The notes: generated from the sequence alone by a model not told the origin. Shown: positions 51,209-63,728, counted from the first letter of the whole stretch. The stretch is 63,728 nt of DNA, filler included, from Octopus bimaculoides (GCF_001194135.2; 7 parts of 7 records of this genome joined end to end with filler, not necessarily neighbours in it); one strand, 5' to 3'. Numbers and translations are program-made.

Positions 51209-51792
51209 ATCCTGTTCTAATTCACATGAAATGTTTGGTCCTCCAAAGTTGTCTTGGAATATACATTGACTTACTTTTTTGGTTTTAAATTTTGGTCTGA
51301 AATATTCAACTTGTATGCTACAAAATATGGTATAAATAATATCTTTTATCTTTCACTTGTTTCACTCATTAGACCGGCCATGCTGGGGCACGGCCTTGAA
51401 AAACCTTTAGTTGAATGAATCAACCCCAGTAATTGTATTTTTAAGCCTGGTACTTATTGTATCAGTCTTTTCTTGCTGAACTGCAAAGTTACAGGGACAT
51501 AAACACACCAACACTGGTTGTCAAGCAGTAGTGGGGGATAAACACAGACTCAAACACACACACACAGATATATACACACATTTATACAACAGGCTTCTTT
51601 CAGCTTCTGTCTACCAAATCCACTTACAAGGCTTTGGTCAACCTGAGGCTATGGTAGAAGGCACTTGCCCAATGTGCCATGCAGTGGCACAATGGTCTGA
51701 ACCTCGAACCATGTGGTTGGGAAGCAAACTTCTTCCCACACAGCCATACCTGCACCTATAGAAATTTATAACTATTTTGTTCTTTTCTCCAG

Positions 51793-51881
51793 GTACCATC
51801 CGAAATATCGTAAATGTTTTGATAACACTGACTGCAAAGGCTTGATGGATGCTCAGGATAAATTGATGGAAAAATACTGTG
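51793..51881 (+). CDS. Cysteine-rich protein, copy R, exon equivalent to L exon 5
   Basis: ttcttttctccag|G TAC CAT...TAC TGT G|gtaaat gives YHPKYRKCFDNTDCKGLMDAQDKLMEKYC. Confidence 0.85.
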
Positions 51882-52623
51882 GTAAATATTAGTATTCTTT
51901 AATTATTTTTTATTGGTTTCAATTGTTGGGCTGAGGTTTTGATTTAAGTTGTGTTTCTTTGTTTGTCCGTGGACAAGATATCTCAAGAACCGCTGGATGA
52001 ATTCAGATGAAACTTTCAGGATGTTTGGCCTCTTGACTGACATGAACTAATTAGATTTTGGGATCGATCTGATACCGGACAAGGATTCTGGATTATTTGT
52101 TATATTTACTTTACTTTACATGATTACAATCTTATGTTCACTTTCAAGTCTTTCTCAATTGTCTCCCTTTAGGTTGTTTCCAAAGTTTTATTTTCATTTG
52201 TCTATTATTAATTTTACTCGTGTCTCTATCTTAGCAGAAACTAATGGATAAAGAAATCAAACTACATAAACAAATGGCAACAAAACCGTTCAGAATTTAA
52301 ATAACACTTTTATAATATATATATTATATATTATACATACATATTAACACTTTACAGTATACATACATACATCATCATCATCATCGTTTAACGTCCGCTT
52401 TCCATGCTAGCATGGGTTGGACAATTTGACTGAGGACTGGTGAAACCGGATGGCATCACCAGGCTCCAATCTAATTTGGCAGAGTTTCTACAGCTGGATG
52501 CCCTTCCTAACGCCAACCACTCANNNNNNNNNNNNNNNNNNNNNNNNNNNNNNNNNNNNNNNNNNNNTTAATTAATTAANNNNNNNNNNNNNNNNNNNNN
52601 NNNNNNNNNNNNNNNNNNNNNNN

Positions 52624-52673
<50 letters not shown>

Positions 52674-52699
52674 AGCACACACATACACACATATATATA

Positions 52700-53146
52700 T
52701 TATTAAGTTTGAAAACGGAGAGACCCAATAGATCCAATTAATTTATTAATTAATTAACATCATCACCTACAAATGCTTCATTTCGCATCCAATTTAAACT
52801 ACAAAACATAAATAGATATATAATCTTGCACTTCAAAATGCCTTGGGTGGAAAATCATCTGAGCATGTAAAGGGCAATACAAGGATTATATTATGATCTG
52901 TTGGAATACTCCAATATGCTTTGTACATTGGAGTATTCCGAAAGAACATAATGTAATCCTTGTATTGTCCTTTACATGCTCAGATGATTTTCCACTCAAG
53001 CTATTTTGAAATGCAAGATTATATGTCTATTTATATTTTGTAGTTTAAATTGGATGCGAAATGAAACATTTGTAGGTGATGATGTTAATTAATTAATTGA
53101 TCAATTAATTTGTATCCACTGGATCTCTTCGTTTACAGACTTAAAA
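52700..53146. repeat. Long fold-back element (arms of about 215 bp, loop of about 11 nt)
   Basis: The centre is ggaatactccaat-atgctttgtac-attggagtattcc. The arms remain complementary out to about 52700 and 53146. Confidence 0.9.
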
Positions 53147-53609
53147 ATNNNNNNNNNNTAATAATGTAGTTTTCCAGTCTTATTGCTATGAAGGTATGAT
53201 GTTGTGGACAAAAGAAAATTGAAGGAAAAAGTTACAGAGGTTTAAAAATTGAAAAAACTGTGTATTTTTAGCCAATAGCGAGACAGAAATCTTTGGCGTT
53301 TAGCAGAGCGGTGTCAGCTTTAAGGTTATACCCTGTGAAATTTATAGTTTGGCGTCTGTGAAATGACTTGTTCATTGTAGGTTTCTTAATAAACAGAAAT
53401 ACCTAATTTTATTGTAGGTTTCTAAATAAACAGAAATACCTAATAAAATCAACATGTATCATCTTACTATTTCTTTTGTCTCTTCATTGATTGTATGTTT
53501 TTTTTAAATTTGTTATATTAATATATTTGTCTGCATGTATTTACTTTATGCGTATTTCAGTATTATGTATACCTGTCATGTATTTGTGTACATCATTAAT
53601 TTATAAGTG

Positions 53610-53666
<57 letters not shown>

Positions 53667-54507
53667 AGATGGCATCTGTCTCCAAAACTCCAAAGTTGAG
53701 TAATGTTTTCATACTTGGATTTGTAAACTACAATAAGAATAAATCTGGTCAACAAAGAATTTGTCCCAAAAATATGTGAAATGAAAAATATGTGTGATGT
53801 ATTTAACCACTTGAACTTTAATTTAATGAGTTTGTAGTTCTGTTTCATAAAGCAACAAAAATATTCATTACTGAAACTGACGCAGGATTCATATAATATT
53901 TACATGTAATATTTACATGCTTAAATATACAATTACATATATTACATTTGCATGTCTATTTATATTCAGCTGTATATCTTCATCTGCCTGTCTGTGTCTT
54001 ATAAATACATGTTTTCACACACATAAATTTCTTTGTATGTCTGCACCACATCTTGCATACATTTTCCTGATTATGTCTGCAAGATTTGGCATTATTTGTA
54101 TTTAAGTGATTATATCTAGTCGTATGTGTCTCTATACGTACGTTTTACATATATTAACATATATACATATAGTCAGTCTTGTGTATATTTACATATGTAC
54201 GCTTAATCTGTATGTACACAGATGCAAATGTGCTTATCTATGCCTTCGTGTGAATGATTATATATATATGTACCTCTTCACGTGTAGGAAGCTTAAAGAA
54301 ACACATCGTATATGCGCGCGCGCAAGTCTGTGCGTGTGTGTGAGTGTGTGCGTGCGTGTGTGTTTGTGCGTGCATGTGCATATGTGTCTGTGTTTGATCC
54401 CCCCCCCCACCGTCACTGCTTAGCAGTAGGAATTGGTGCGTTTACGTTCCCAGAACTTAGCGGTTCGGCAAAAGGAATCCGATAGAATAAGTATATATAT
54501 ACACACT

Positions 54508-54550
<43 letters not shown>

Positions 54551-54985
54551 NNNNNNNNNNNNNNNNNNNNNNNNNNNNNNNNNNNNNNNNNNNNTTAATT
54601 AATTAANNNNNNNNNNNNNNNNNNNNNNNNNNNNNNNNNNNNNNNNNNNNCTATCTCTCTAAAAGAGAGCAGCAAAAAAGAAAATTTTTGCCCCGCAGGG
54701 CGCAATTCCGCAGGAACAACAGTTGAAACTTGACAAAAATCACACCAAACAGCAACAAAAAGGACAGAAACAACTCACTAAACTAGGCAGAAGCAATTCA
54801 AAGCAGTACGACGAGCCGGAAGTAGATTAGCGGCTGAATAGAGGGGGCCTGTTTCTCCTTCACAAACTTATGTAAATCATAGTGAAGTTCATTCACTGAT
54901 CAGCAAAATTAGAAATATAATATTTCTAAATCTCTCAGAGAGATTTAAGCAGTAGTGGAGAGACAAAGTTGTAGTATATTGTCAA

Positions 54986-55315
54986 CTTAATGTGACAATC
55001 CCAATAAGGGAATACACTACTGCTGTTTAGCCCTAGGAAGCTGGACCGCTTCCTGTCGGCCTTGACACAATTACTTTGTCCTTAAGTTTGTGAAGGAGAA
55101 ACAGGCCTCTCTATCCAGCTGGCAAGCTACCTCAGGCTGATGACGAGCAAAGACTCAGAAACATGTCCCTGAATGCTGGCTAGGCTGGGTGGGGGAGCTT
55201 GTCTCCCCTTCACAAACTTAAGGACACAGTAATTGTCAGGGCCGACAGGAAGCAGTCCAGCTTCCTAGGGCTAAACAGCAGTAGTGTGTTCCCTTATTGG
55301 GATTGTCACATTAAG
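54986..55315. repeat. Fold-back element (arms of about 110 bp, right arm runs into a gap)
   Basis: cttaatgtgacaatcccaataaggg...cttaagtttgtgaagg pairs with ccttcacaaacttaagg...gggattgtcacattaag. Confidence 0.9.
55132..55172 (+). ncRNA. Minimal type I hammerhead ribozyme motif (Penelope/retrozyme-like)
   Basis: TCAGG-CTGATGA-cGAGcaaagaCTCa-GAAAC-AT-GTC-CCTGA. Stem I is TCAGG/CCTGA, the core boxes are intact, the cleavage triplet is GTC, and stem III is the palindrome ACATGT. Confidence 0.7.
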
Positions 55316-55931
55316 NNNNNNNNNNNNNNNNNNNNNNNNNNNNNNNNNNNNNNNNNNNNNNNNNNNNNNNNNNNNNNNNNNNNNNNNNNNNNNNNNNNNN
55401 NNNNNNNNNNNNNNNNNNNNNNNNNNNNNNNNNNNNNNNNNNNNNNNNNNNNNNNNNNNNNNNNNNNNNNNNNNNNNNNNNNNNNNNNNNNNNNNNNNNN
55501 NNNNNNNNNNNNNNNNNNNNNNNNNNNNNNNNNNNNNNNNNNNNNNNNNNNNNNNNNNNNNNNNNNNNNNNNNNNNNNNNNNNNNNNNNNNNNNNNNNNN
55601 NNNNNNNNNNNNNNNNNNNNNNNNNNNNNNNNNNNNNNNNNNNNNNNNNNNNNNNNNNNNNNNNNNNNNNNNNNNNNNNNNNNNNAAAGCATCTCTTACT
55701 TCTTTGGAGTAGAGTACATATAATTTTTGAAACATATGTAGGAATTAAAGGAACTTATTGATTATATGCGTTTTGCTCCATTTATTATTATTCTTTATAT
55801 CAACTCAAAATACATCACTTTAACATGGACTTTCTACTCAGTAACCGGGTATAATATCCTAGTTTTTGTGTGATTTTTGCTACCCTGGTATCGAAGTTTT
55901 TCAACTATGATGATATTAATATATGCATAAA

Positions 55932-55967
<36 letters not shown>

Positions 55968-56349
55968 CAATGTATCATAAATTCGAAAAAGAAGCACGCT
56001 TTAAAGCATGGAGCAGTAATTTATTAAAAGTAATTAAGATATTGTCGGGTCATGGAGTGACCAATGGTTTCGCATCCACAAAGGCCTTAGCGTCGCGGAC
56101 GTCACTCTATAACCGGACATTAACTTGATTACTTTTAATGCAAACACACACACACATACAGTAGCGGCCATAATATAAGGGTGAGTAGGAACAAGTGTAT
56201 TGAAATATTTGTTATAGAAGATTAACAAAACATTGAGACGAGATATTTTACGCATATTTAGATATATCTGATATCTATCTTTCGTGAAAGTTTCAATTGA
56301 ACGGAATAAATATTTCGTACGTTATGAGTAAATAAACAAATAATCTTCC

Positions 56350-56910
56350 AAACTGCAACGGCCAAAAGTTAAGAGTCACTTAGAAAAACAGTGAAAAATG
56401 GAACAAGAACAAAAAAGAAACCCTTACTATTAATATTTTGTGAACTTCCCTTTACTATCAATGACCTCCTGACATCTGTTATCACAGGACTGAATTAATT
56501 TCTTGTAAAATGATGGAGTAAAATTGTTCCGTTCGTTTTTCAATAATTCCCAGGCTTCATATTGGTTCTTTGGGTTTCTCCTTCTTGCCCCATCTCCTAT
56601 AAATTTCCAAACGTTTTCTATAGGGCTGAGGTCGGGATTTCGAGGTGGCCAGTCCGTGAGATCAACCCCTCCATCACTTAAAAAAGCTTTGACTCTCTTT
56701 GCAGTGTGACGGGGAACGTTGTACTGCACGAAGATAGGAAGTTGAACTGACGAGGATCGGAGATGTGGAAGAGCATGCTGTCTAAGAATCTGCTTGTAGA
56801 TTTCAGCTTTCACAGTCCCTTGTAGACGAATAAGTGGACCAGGACCAGCAGCAGAGATCACTTCGTATACCATTACACTGCTTCCTCCATATTTTACTGT
56901 GTTCTTCACA
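56350..56910 (-). mobile_element. Tc1-family transposon, 3' half
   Basis: TVKYGGSSVMV...WPPRNPDLSPIENVW...KGKFTKY*. Confidence 0.92.
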
Positions 56911-57444
56911 CATGCGCGAGATAACCTTTCGCCATTTCTTCGTCGGTACTTATTTAAGCGACCCCGAAAGGATGAAAGGCAAAGCCGACCTCGGTGGAAT
57001 TTGAACTCAGAACATAGCAGCAGACGAAATACCTATTTCTTTACTGCCCACAAGGGGCTACACACAGAGGGGACAAACAAGGACAGACAAACGGATTAAG
57101 TCGATTATATCGACCCCAGTGCGTAACTGGTACTTAATTTATCGACCCCGAAAGGATGAAAGGCAAAGTCAACCTCGGCGGAATTTGAACTCAGAACGCA
57201 GTGGCAGACGAAATACCGCTAAGCATTTCGCCCGGCGCGCTAACGTTTCTACCAGCTCGGGCTTCTTTCAGTTTCTGCCTACCTAATCCACTCACAAGTC
57301 TTTATTTACCTCTGGTTCTTGTAGAAGATACTTGCACAAGGTACCACGCAGCGGCAGTGAACGCAGAACCATGTTGTTGGGAAGTAAACTGCTTACCTCA
57401 CTCTACATCTGTATTAAGTATCTGATTAATGCAAATAATTTTAC

Positions 57445-57775
57445 GTGATAGACAAACAACCAGACAGGCAGATAGATAGATAGACAAATAGACAGATAGA
57501 TAAATAGATAGATAGATAAATAGATAAATCGATAGATAAACAGATAAGCAGATAGATAAATAGATAGATAGATAAATAGATAAATCGATAGATAAATAGA
57601 TAGACAGATAGATAAATAGATAGATAGATAAATAGATAAATCGATAGATAAACAGATAGACAGATAGATAAATAGATAGATAGATAAATAGATAAATCGA
57701 TAGATAGACATATAGACAGATAGATAAATAGATAAATCGATAGATAGACATATAGACAGATGGATAGATAGACAT
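57445..57775. repeat. Compound (AGAT)n-type microsatellite
   Basis: Directly visible. Confidence 0.97.
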
Positions 57776-58173
57776 ATTTTTATTGGCAGTTCCTTTGAAG
57801 TAAGCTGTTTCAAGCTGGTTGACAAAACTTCGAAATAACTATGACCATTAAGAAAATATTTATCTCTACTTAAAATCCTTATGTTAATACTTTTTGTTTA
57901 TTGATAACAAACATCTGTGTATACCTATGTGTCTTTGTCTATACCTGCGTGAATTACAACTAAAGGAACAATGAAACCGAAATGCTGTTAGGTTGAATCG
58001 AATAACATCTGTTCGAAGTTGAGTTTGCGTGACATGAACAAACTACTCGAAGAGAATGACAAACTCAATATATATATGCGTGTGTGTGTGTGTGTGTGTG
58101 TATGTGTGTGTGTGTGTGTGTGCGTGCGCAAGCGTGTGTTTGAGTGTGTACGTGAGTATGCATGTATACATGA

Positions 58174-58211
<38 letters not shown>

Positions 58212-58799
58212 NNNNNNNNNNNNNNNNNNNNNNNNNNNNNNNNNNNNNNNNNNNNTTAATTAATTAANNNNNNNNNNNNNNNNNNNNNNNNNNNNNNNNN
58301 NNNNNNNNNNNTATATATATATATATACATACATATATAAGTACGTATGTATGCATATATATATATATATATACACACACATATCTGTATGTATATCTGG
58401 TGATTAGTTGGTATGTGTATATGTTTTAGCATTTGTTTGTGTGCATGTGTCTATGTATATGTGTAAGAGTGGGAGTAATTCTCTGTTATCACATGAGACA
58501 AATCAATGATAAAGAAAGAATGGTGTACCTTAAATATTAATGAAATGTTAATCTTCATGCATGGCTTCCACCTTTCCATTCTGCCAATTTGACAGAATTT
58601 ATATACTTACACCACACACACATATAAAATATCTATACCTACACACACATATATATGGGTAGATGTACATGGGTATACAAATGTATACACACACACACAC
58701 ACACACACATATTTGTGTGTTTTGGTGTGTGTCTGTATGTATATATACACATTCATATACATGTATTTATACAAACAGAAATACATACATATATATGCA

Positions 58800-58835
<36 letters not shown>

Positions 58836-59589
58836 NNNNNNNNNNNNNNNNNNNNNNNNNNNNNNNNNNNNNNNNNNNNNNNNNNNNNNNNNNNNNNNNN
58901 NNNNNNNNTATATATACATACATACATTTATACACACACAAACACACACATATATATGTAAGTACTGGCTGTGTGTTCAAGATCTTCACTTTTCAATCTT
59001 GTAGTTTCAGGGTCACTCTCTCTATGCAGCAACTATGGTAATTGTCTTGTACGATAGCTTGAAAGTTTCTGAAATGGATTTGGTTGATGAAAACTTCAAA
59101 AAACCCATTGTATGTATATATACACACACAAACACACACACATAAATGTAAAAAATGGAACAAAAGTGCAATAGAAGACAATAAAACAGTCGGACAGATA
59201 GATGATACAAAGGTGGACAGGAAAGACAACAATTAGAAGGACAGGCAAAAAAAAGACGGGTCATTCATAGCCTTCTTTCCTCAGTCAAGTACCAGAAGTC
59301 ATAACCGTTTCGGGCAGTTACACACTAGAAAGTTCGATCTTGGTTGCCCACAAAAAATCTAAGCTAAGAGCATTAGACCTTTTTGTAATAAAGCTAGCGA
59401 ATATGTACTACAACAAAGACAAAAAACGGAGAACATGGTACACAATTACAAATACAAACACAAGAAAATAACAACAGGTGTTTTTTGACTGAAAACGAAT
59501 CAAAAATTGAGCTGGCATGTGGTGAATAAACTGTCATCTAAATTATGCAAAAAGGAAAATAACCTTGATATCTCATTTTAACAGATATA

Positions 59590-60415
59590 TTTACCAAAAT
59601 TACATAAAAATATCTTGAAATACTAAAGAGTAAATTTGTTCAATAAAATTGTCATTGGCTTCAACCATGGTCTCCAGACGACTTTAGAATCTCCTGCAAC
59701 TCTTCTGGGTGGTCTCCTTGTTTAAGTTGGTGAATGCTGTCATAATCCTTGCCTTCAGTTCATCTTTGGTGTTACAAGTTTTGTTGGTCCCTTGCTAAAT
59801 TGCATCTCACACATAATAGTCAAGGGGGTTGCAGTCTGGGGCGTTAGGTGCCAGTTGTTAATGGTAATGTTTTTGCAGTAACTATCTGACAGTCATGACT
59901 GGGTTCCCCTGCTTGTGTGGCATGGTGCAAAATCCTGTTGCCAGACATAAGGTCTTCCAGTAGTCACCCTCTTGACCCAGGGCAGCACTATTGCCTCCAG
60001 GCACTTGATGTAGGCCTGTGTTTTGGGTCTGAAGCTGTGTGGGAAGATGACTGGAGGCATAACATTGCCATCACTAGTGATCACTCCAAACACCATGATG
60101 TTGGCTGGATCTTTGATTTTTATCACTTTCAGTATATATCCTCAGACCACACTGTCCTCATCAGTTTGCAATTTCTTCAGATTTACATCCAAACACTCTG
60201 AAATTTTTGCATTGGTGCCTCCAGGGCAAATGTTAAGCAGTACAGCATGCTGCTTCCAAATTTCTGGTAAACTGAATTTTGTCAGGGTGCTGTTTTTCTC
60301 ACAAATGGTGCCCAACTGACCCTACTATACAGTGTAGTCAACAAAATCAAAAAGAAACAATGTGCATGTGTGAAATAAAAAATATAAATTAGTAACAATT
60401 TACTCATCGCACCCT

Positions 60416-60416
<1 letters not shown>
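59590..60416 (-). mobile_element. maT/DD37D-like Tc1/mariner element, internally deleted
   Basis: The terminus is TA|cagggtgcgatgagtaaattgttac. Translation KDPANIMVFGVITSDGNVMPP...RPYVWQQDFAPCHT. I saw only one TIR. Confidence 0.75.
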
Positions 60417-60464
<48 letters not shown>

Positions 60465-60736
60465 TACATACATATATTTTTATTAATATTTTAAAGAAAT
60501 AATTGAGTAACTAAAGGTCTGAGAATTTCATGTGTTGGTTTGGTAAGTGCCAATGCATGAAACTCTTTGACTCATTTTGTTGCTTCTACCTAAATATTAA
60601 TAAAAATATACATATACACATATTCTGAGTTCTATTTTTCCTGTTTGCAGTTTGCATCAGCATACCTACATATACATATATATATTGTTTATATATAGTA
60701 CATATATATATATGTGTGTGTGTGAGTGTGTGTGTA

Positions 60737-62361
60737 GTAGTAGCTCACAAAAGTAGGTACACACCTCAAAATTTTCAGTAACATTGCCATTACTCTGATA
60801 ATATAAAAGCAAATCAAATGAAATTTATATTGAATAAAATATATTATAGATGTGAAGAACATTATACAAATTTGGAACACAAAACAAACATTTTCAAAGA
60901 TATGAATGAAATATTAATTTTCAAACACTACAAAAATATGTACACCCTAAAGGATCATTTATCATATTCAATAGTTGGTGTGACCTGTCCTTGCCTTCAA
61001 TGACTGCATTAAGTCTTCTGGGCAGAGAGTCAACTAAATTTCTGAATATAACAGATGGAATTGACCTCCATTCATTCTGAATGATGTCTTTCAACTGTGT
61101 TACATTGCAGGGTCTTTTCTCCTCAACCTTCCTTTTCAAAACACACCACAGATGTTCTTTTGGGTTTAAACAAGGTGACATCGTAGGCTAAGACAATATC
61201 CTTACTTTTCTATCTGGTAAAAACTTAGTCGTCATATTTGAAATGTATTTAGGGTCATTATCATGTTGGAACACGGAATGTCTTTCTTGTTCTTTGATGC
61301 TTTTTAACACTGTTTACTGCAATATGTCACAATAAAACCTTGACTCCATTGTTCTCTCAATAAATGTGAGTCCTCCCATACCAGCCACATTCATGCATCT
61401 CCAAATCATAGCACTTCTACTACTGTGTTTCATGGCAGTCAAGGTGCATTTGTTGCTATTATCTTAATTTGGTCATTGCCAACCTTGTTTAATACCATCT
61501 GATCCAAGCAAGTTGATTTTAGTCTCGTCAAAAAAGGGAATATTATTCCAAAACTCCTTCTCCTTCTTCACATAGGTTTTGGCAAGAGAAAGAAAACTTG
61601 ATTTATGCCTGGTAGTAAGGAGAGACTTCCTACGAGGAATGCATCCACGAAGCACTCACTGATTCAAATTTCGGTGGACTGTTTTCACTAACAGAAGACA
61701 CTTCTTGGGCTGAAGATGAAGTAGCACAATGCCTGTTGCCCACCATGCAACGTTGGATGTAGTGAATATCAATCATAGTTTAAAAGAGGAGGACCTGGAC
61801 TATGTTTATTGCTTAGCTGTCCAGTAGCTTTGTAATTCTGAATTACTTCGGCAACTGTGATTACACTAATATGTGTTCACTTGCTAATTAACTTGCATTT
61901 TAAACCATTCTTGTGCAAATTAAAAATAATTTTCTTCAAATCTTCAGACAATTCTTTTCCTTTTGGTGCCATTTTAATCACAATGAAGAAGTTTTTCACC
62001 ACAGTACACAAATCAGAATTCCTGCAGATGCAATAACAATGACCGGTGCAAAAATGCCAAGAGAAATAATTTATTAGAATTGAAATTATCAACAATATCT
62101 GAATTTAGTAAAAAAGGTGGATAAAATATTGAATATTGTAAATTTCCTTTAGGGTGTACATATTTTTGTAATGCCTGGAAATTAATTTTTTGTTCATGTC
62201 TTTGAAAATGTTTATTGGTTCATATTCCAAATTTGTATAATGTTTGCATGTATAATATATTTTATTCAGTATAAATTTCATTTCATTTCCTTCAATATTA
62301 TCAGAGTAATGGCAATTTTACTGAAAATTTTTAAGGGTGTATATATATCTGTAAGATACTG
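60737..62361 (-). mobile_element. Near full-length Tc1 element with long (about 215 bp) IR/DR-type TIRs, decayed
   Basis: 60737-60957 is an inverted match of 62143-62361. Translation MAPKGKELSEDLKK...FFDETKINL...HDNDPK...SPCLNPKEHLW, with stops and frameshifts. Confidence 0.92.
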
Positions 62362-62791
62362 TGTGTGTGTATCTATCTATCTATCTATCTATAAATATAT
62401 ATATNNNNNNNNNNNNNNNNNNNNNNNNNNNNNNNNNNNNNNNNNNNNTTAATTAATTAANNNNNNNNNNNNNNNNNNNNNNNNNNNNNNNNNNNNNNNN
62501 NNNNTTTACTTTTATACATACATACATACATATATACATACATAAATACATACATACATGTATATATATATCCCTATACGTATATAAACATGCACACATT
62601 TACATAAATACATACACGTAAATCCAAACACACCTTACATATACATACATATTTGTATATACAAATATATATGCATGCACTCATTTATATACATACACAC
62701 GCATAGACAGAGGGAAAGGTAGATAGATAGATAGATAGATTGATAGATAGATAGATAGATAGATAGNNNNNNNNNNNNNNNNNNNNNNNNN

Positions 62792-62833
<42 letters not shown>

Positions 62834-63728
62834 TAATTATGAAGCTTCGTATGCGTGAGCGTATACATATGCGTGTTATTTTTCTTTAATTTCCGATTAA
62901 ATTAGAACGTCTGGCAAAATATATATAATTATATTGAAACATGAGTTAATACTGGGCGGAGTGGGGTATGTGATGAGGCTGCCGTATGTAATTGTCCTGT
63001 TTTCTATTAAACAATTATTCATAAACATACATACATAAATATACAGATTAAATCGACAAAAATAAACACGTTTGGGTGTGCGTGAATGAATACATACGTA
63101 CGTACGTACGTACGTACGTACGTACATACATACATACATNNNNNNNNNNNNNNNNNNNNNNNNNNNNNNNNNNNNNNNNNNNNNNNNNNNNNNNNNNNNN
63201 NNNNNNNNNNNNNNNNNNNNNNNNNNNNNNNNNNNNNTATGTATGTATGTGTGTGTGTATGTATGTATGTATGAACATCATAGCGTCATAAACACAGTCA
63301 TTGTGATAAAGAATAGTTTGGGCGAAAGACCAGGTTGTGAGGTGTGGTGATGATTGTCACTAATTCACTAATGTGTACATTGCATTGAATGATGGGATAG
63401 GTAATAAATTATTCTGAATTGTTCTAAATTAACGAAGTATGTTTTGAAATTTAACAGCAGTGAACGTTTTTGAATCAAACCCAGAAGTGATATTCGTTTA
63501 TTCATCCACAGAGAAATTCATGCGTACGCATACACTCATACGTACATGTGTATAGTGATAGATATACACACACATACATATACATACGTATATACACGCA
63601 TCCACTCTCACACACATGCACACACACACATTTGTAGTGACAGGCTTCCACACAATTTCCTTATGCATTAATTTACAGTTTTTTCCGTGTGACTGAACGT
63701 AAATATCTCAATATATGTATAAATGCAG

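Overview
AT-rich, repeat-dense animal genomic DNA. The repeat landscape (tRNA-headed SINEs, RTE LINEs, long microsatellites) suggests a cephalopod, probably Octopus; this is inferred and was not checked against a database. Six 100-bp spacers (44 N + TTAATTAATTAA + 44 N) look artificial and split the window into seven pieces whose order and orientation are uncertain. Most of the sequence is decayed mobile DNA: RTE LINEs, SINEs, mariner/Tc1/maT elements, Helitrons, a 5'-truncated Ty3/Gypsy element, and R4/Dong-like and Tx1/L1-like fragments. Host coding sequence is limited to three things. First, the last exon of 5-oxoprolinase (OPLAH, minus strand, 9388-9594). Second, an unidentified terminal-exon candidate at 29981-30137 (minus strand). 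Third, and most interesting, a head-to-head inverted pair of multi-exon genes at about 36-52 kb that the ORF track misses. The better-preserved copy encodes a signal-peptide protein with two tandem six-cysteine domains. The two copies keep every cysteine and splice phase, but two of the three comparable exons are more diverged than nearby intron, mostly by amino-acid-changing substitutions. There is also a minimal type I hammerhead ribozyme motif inside a fold-back element at 55.1 kb.
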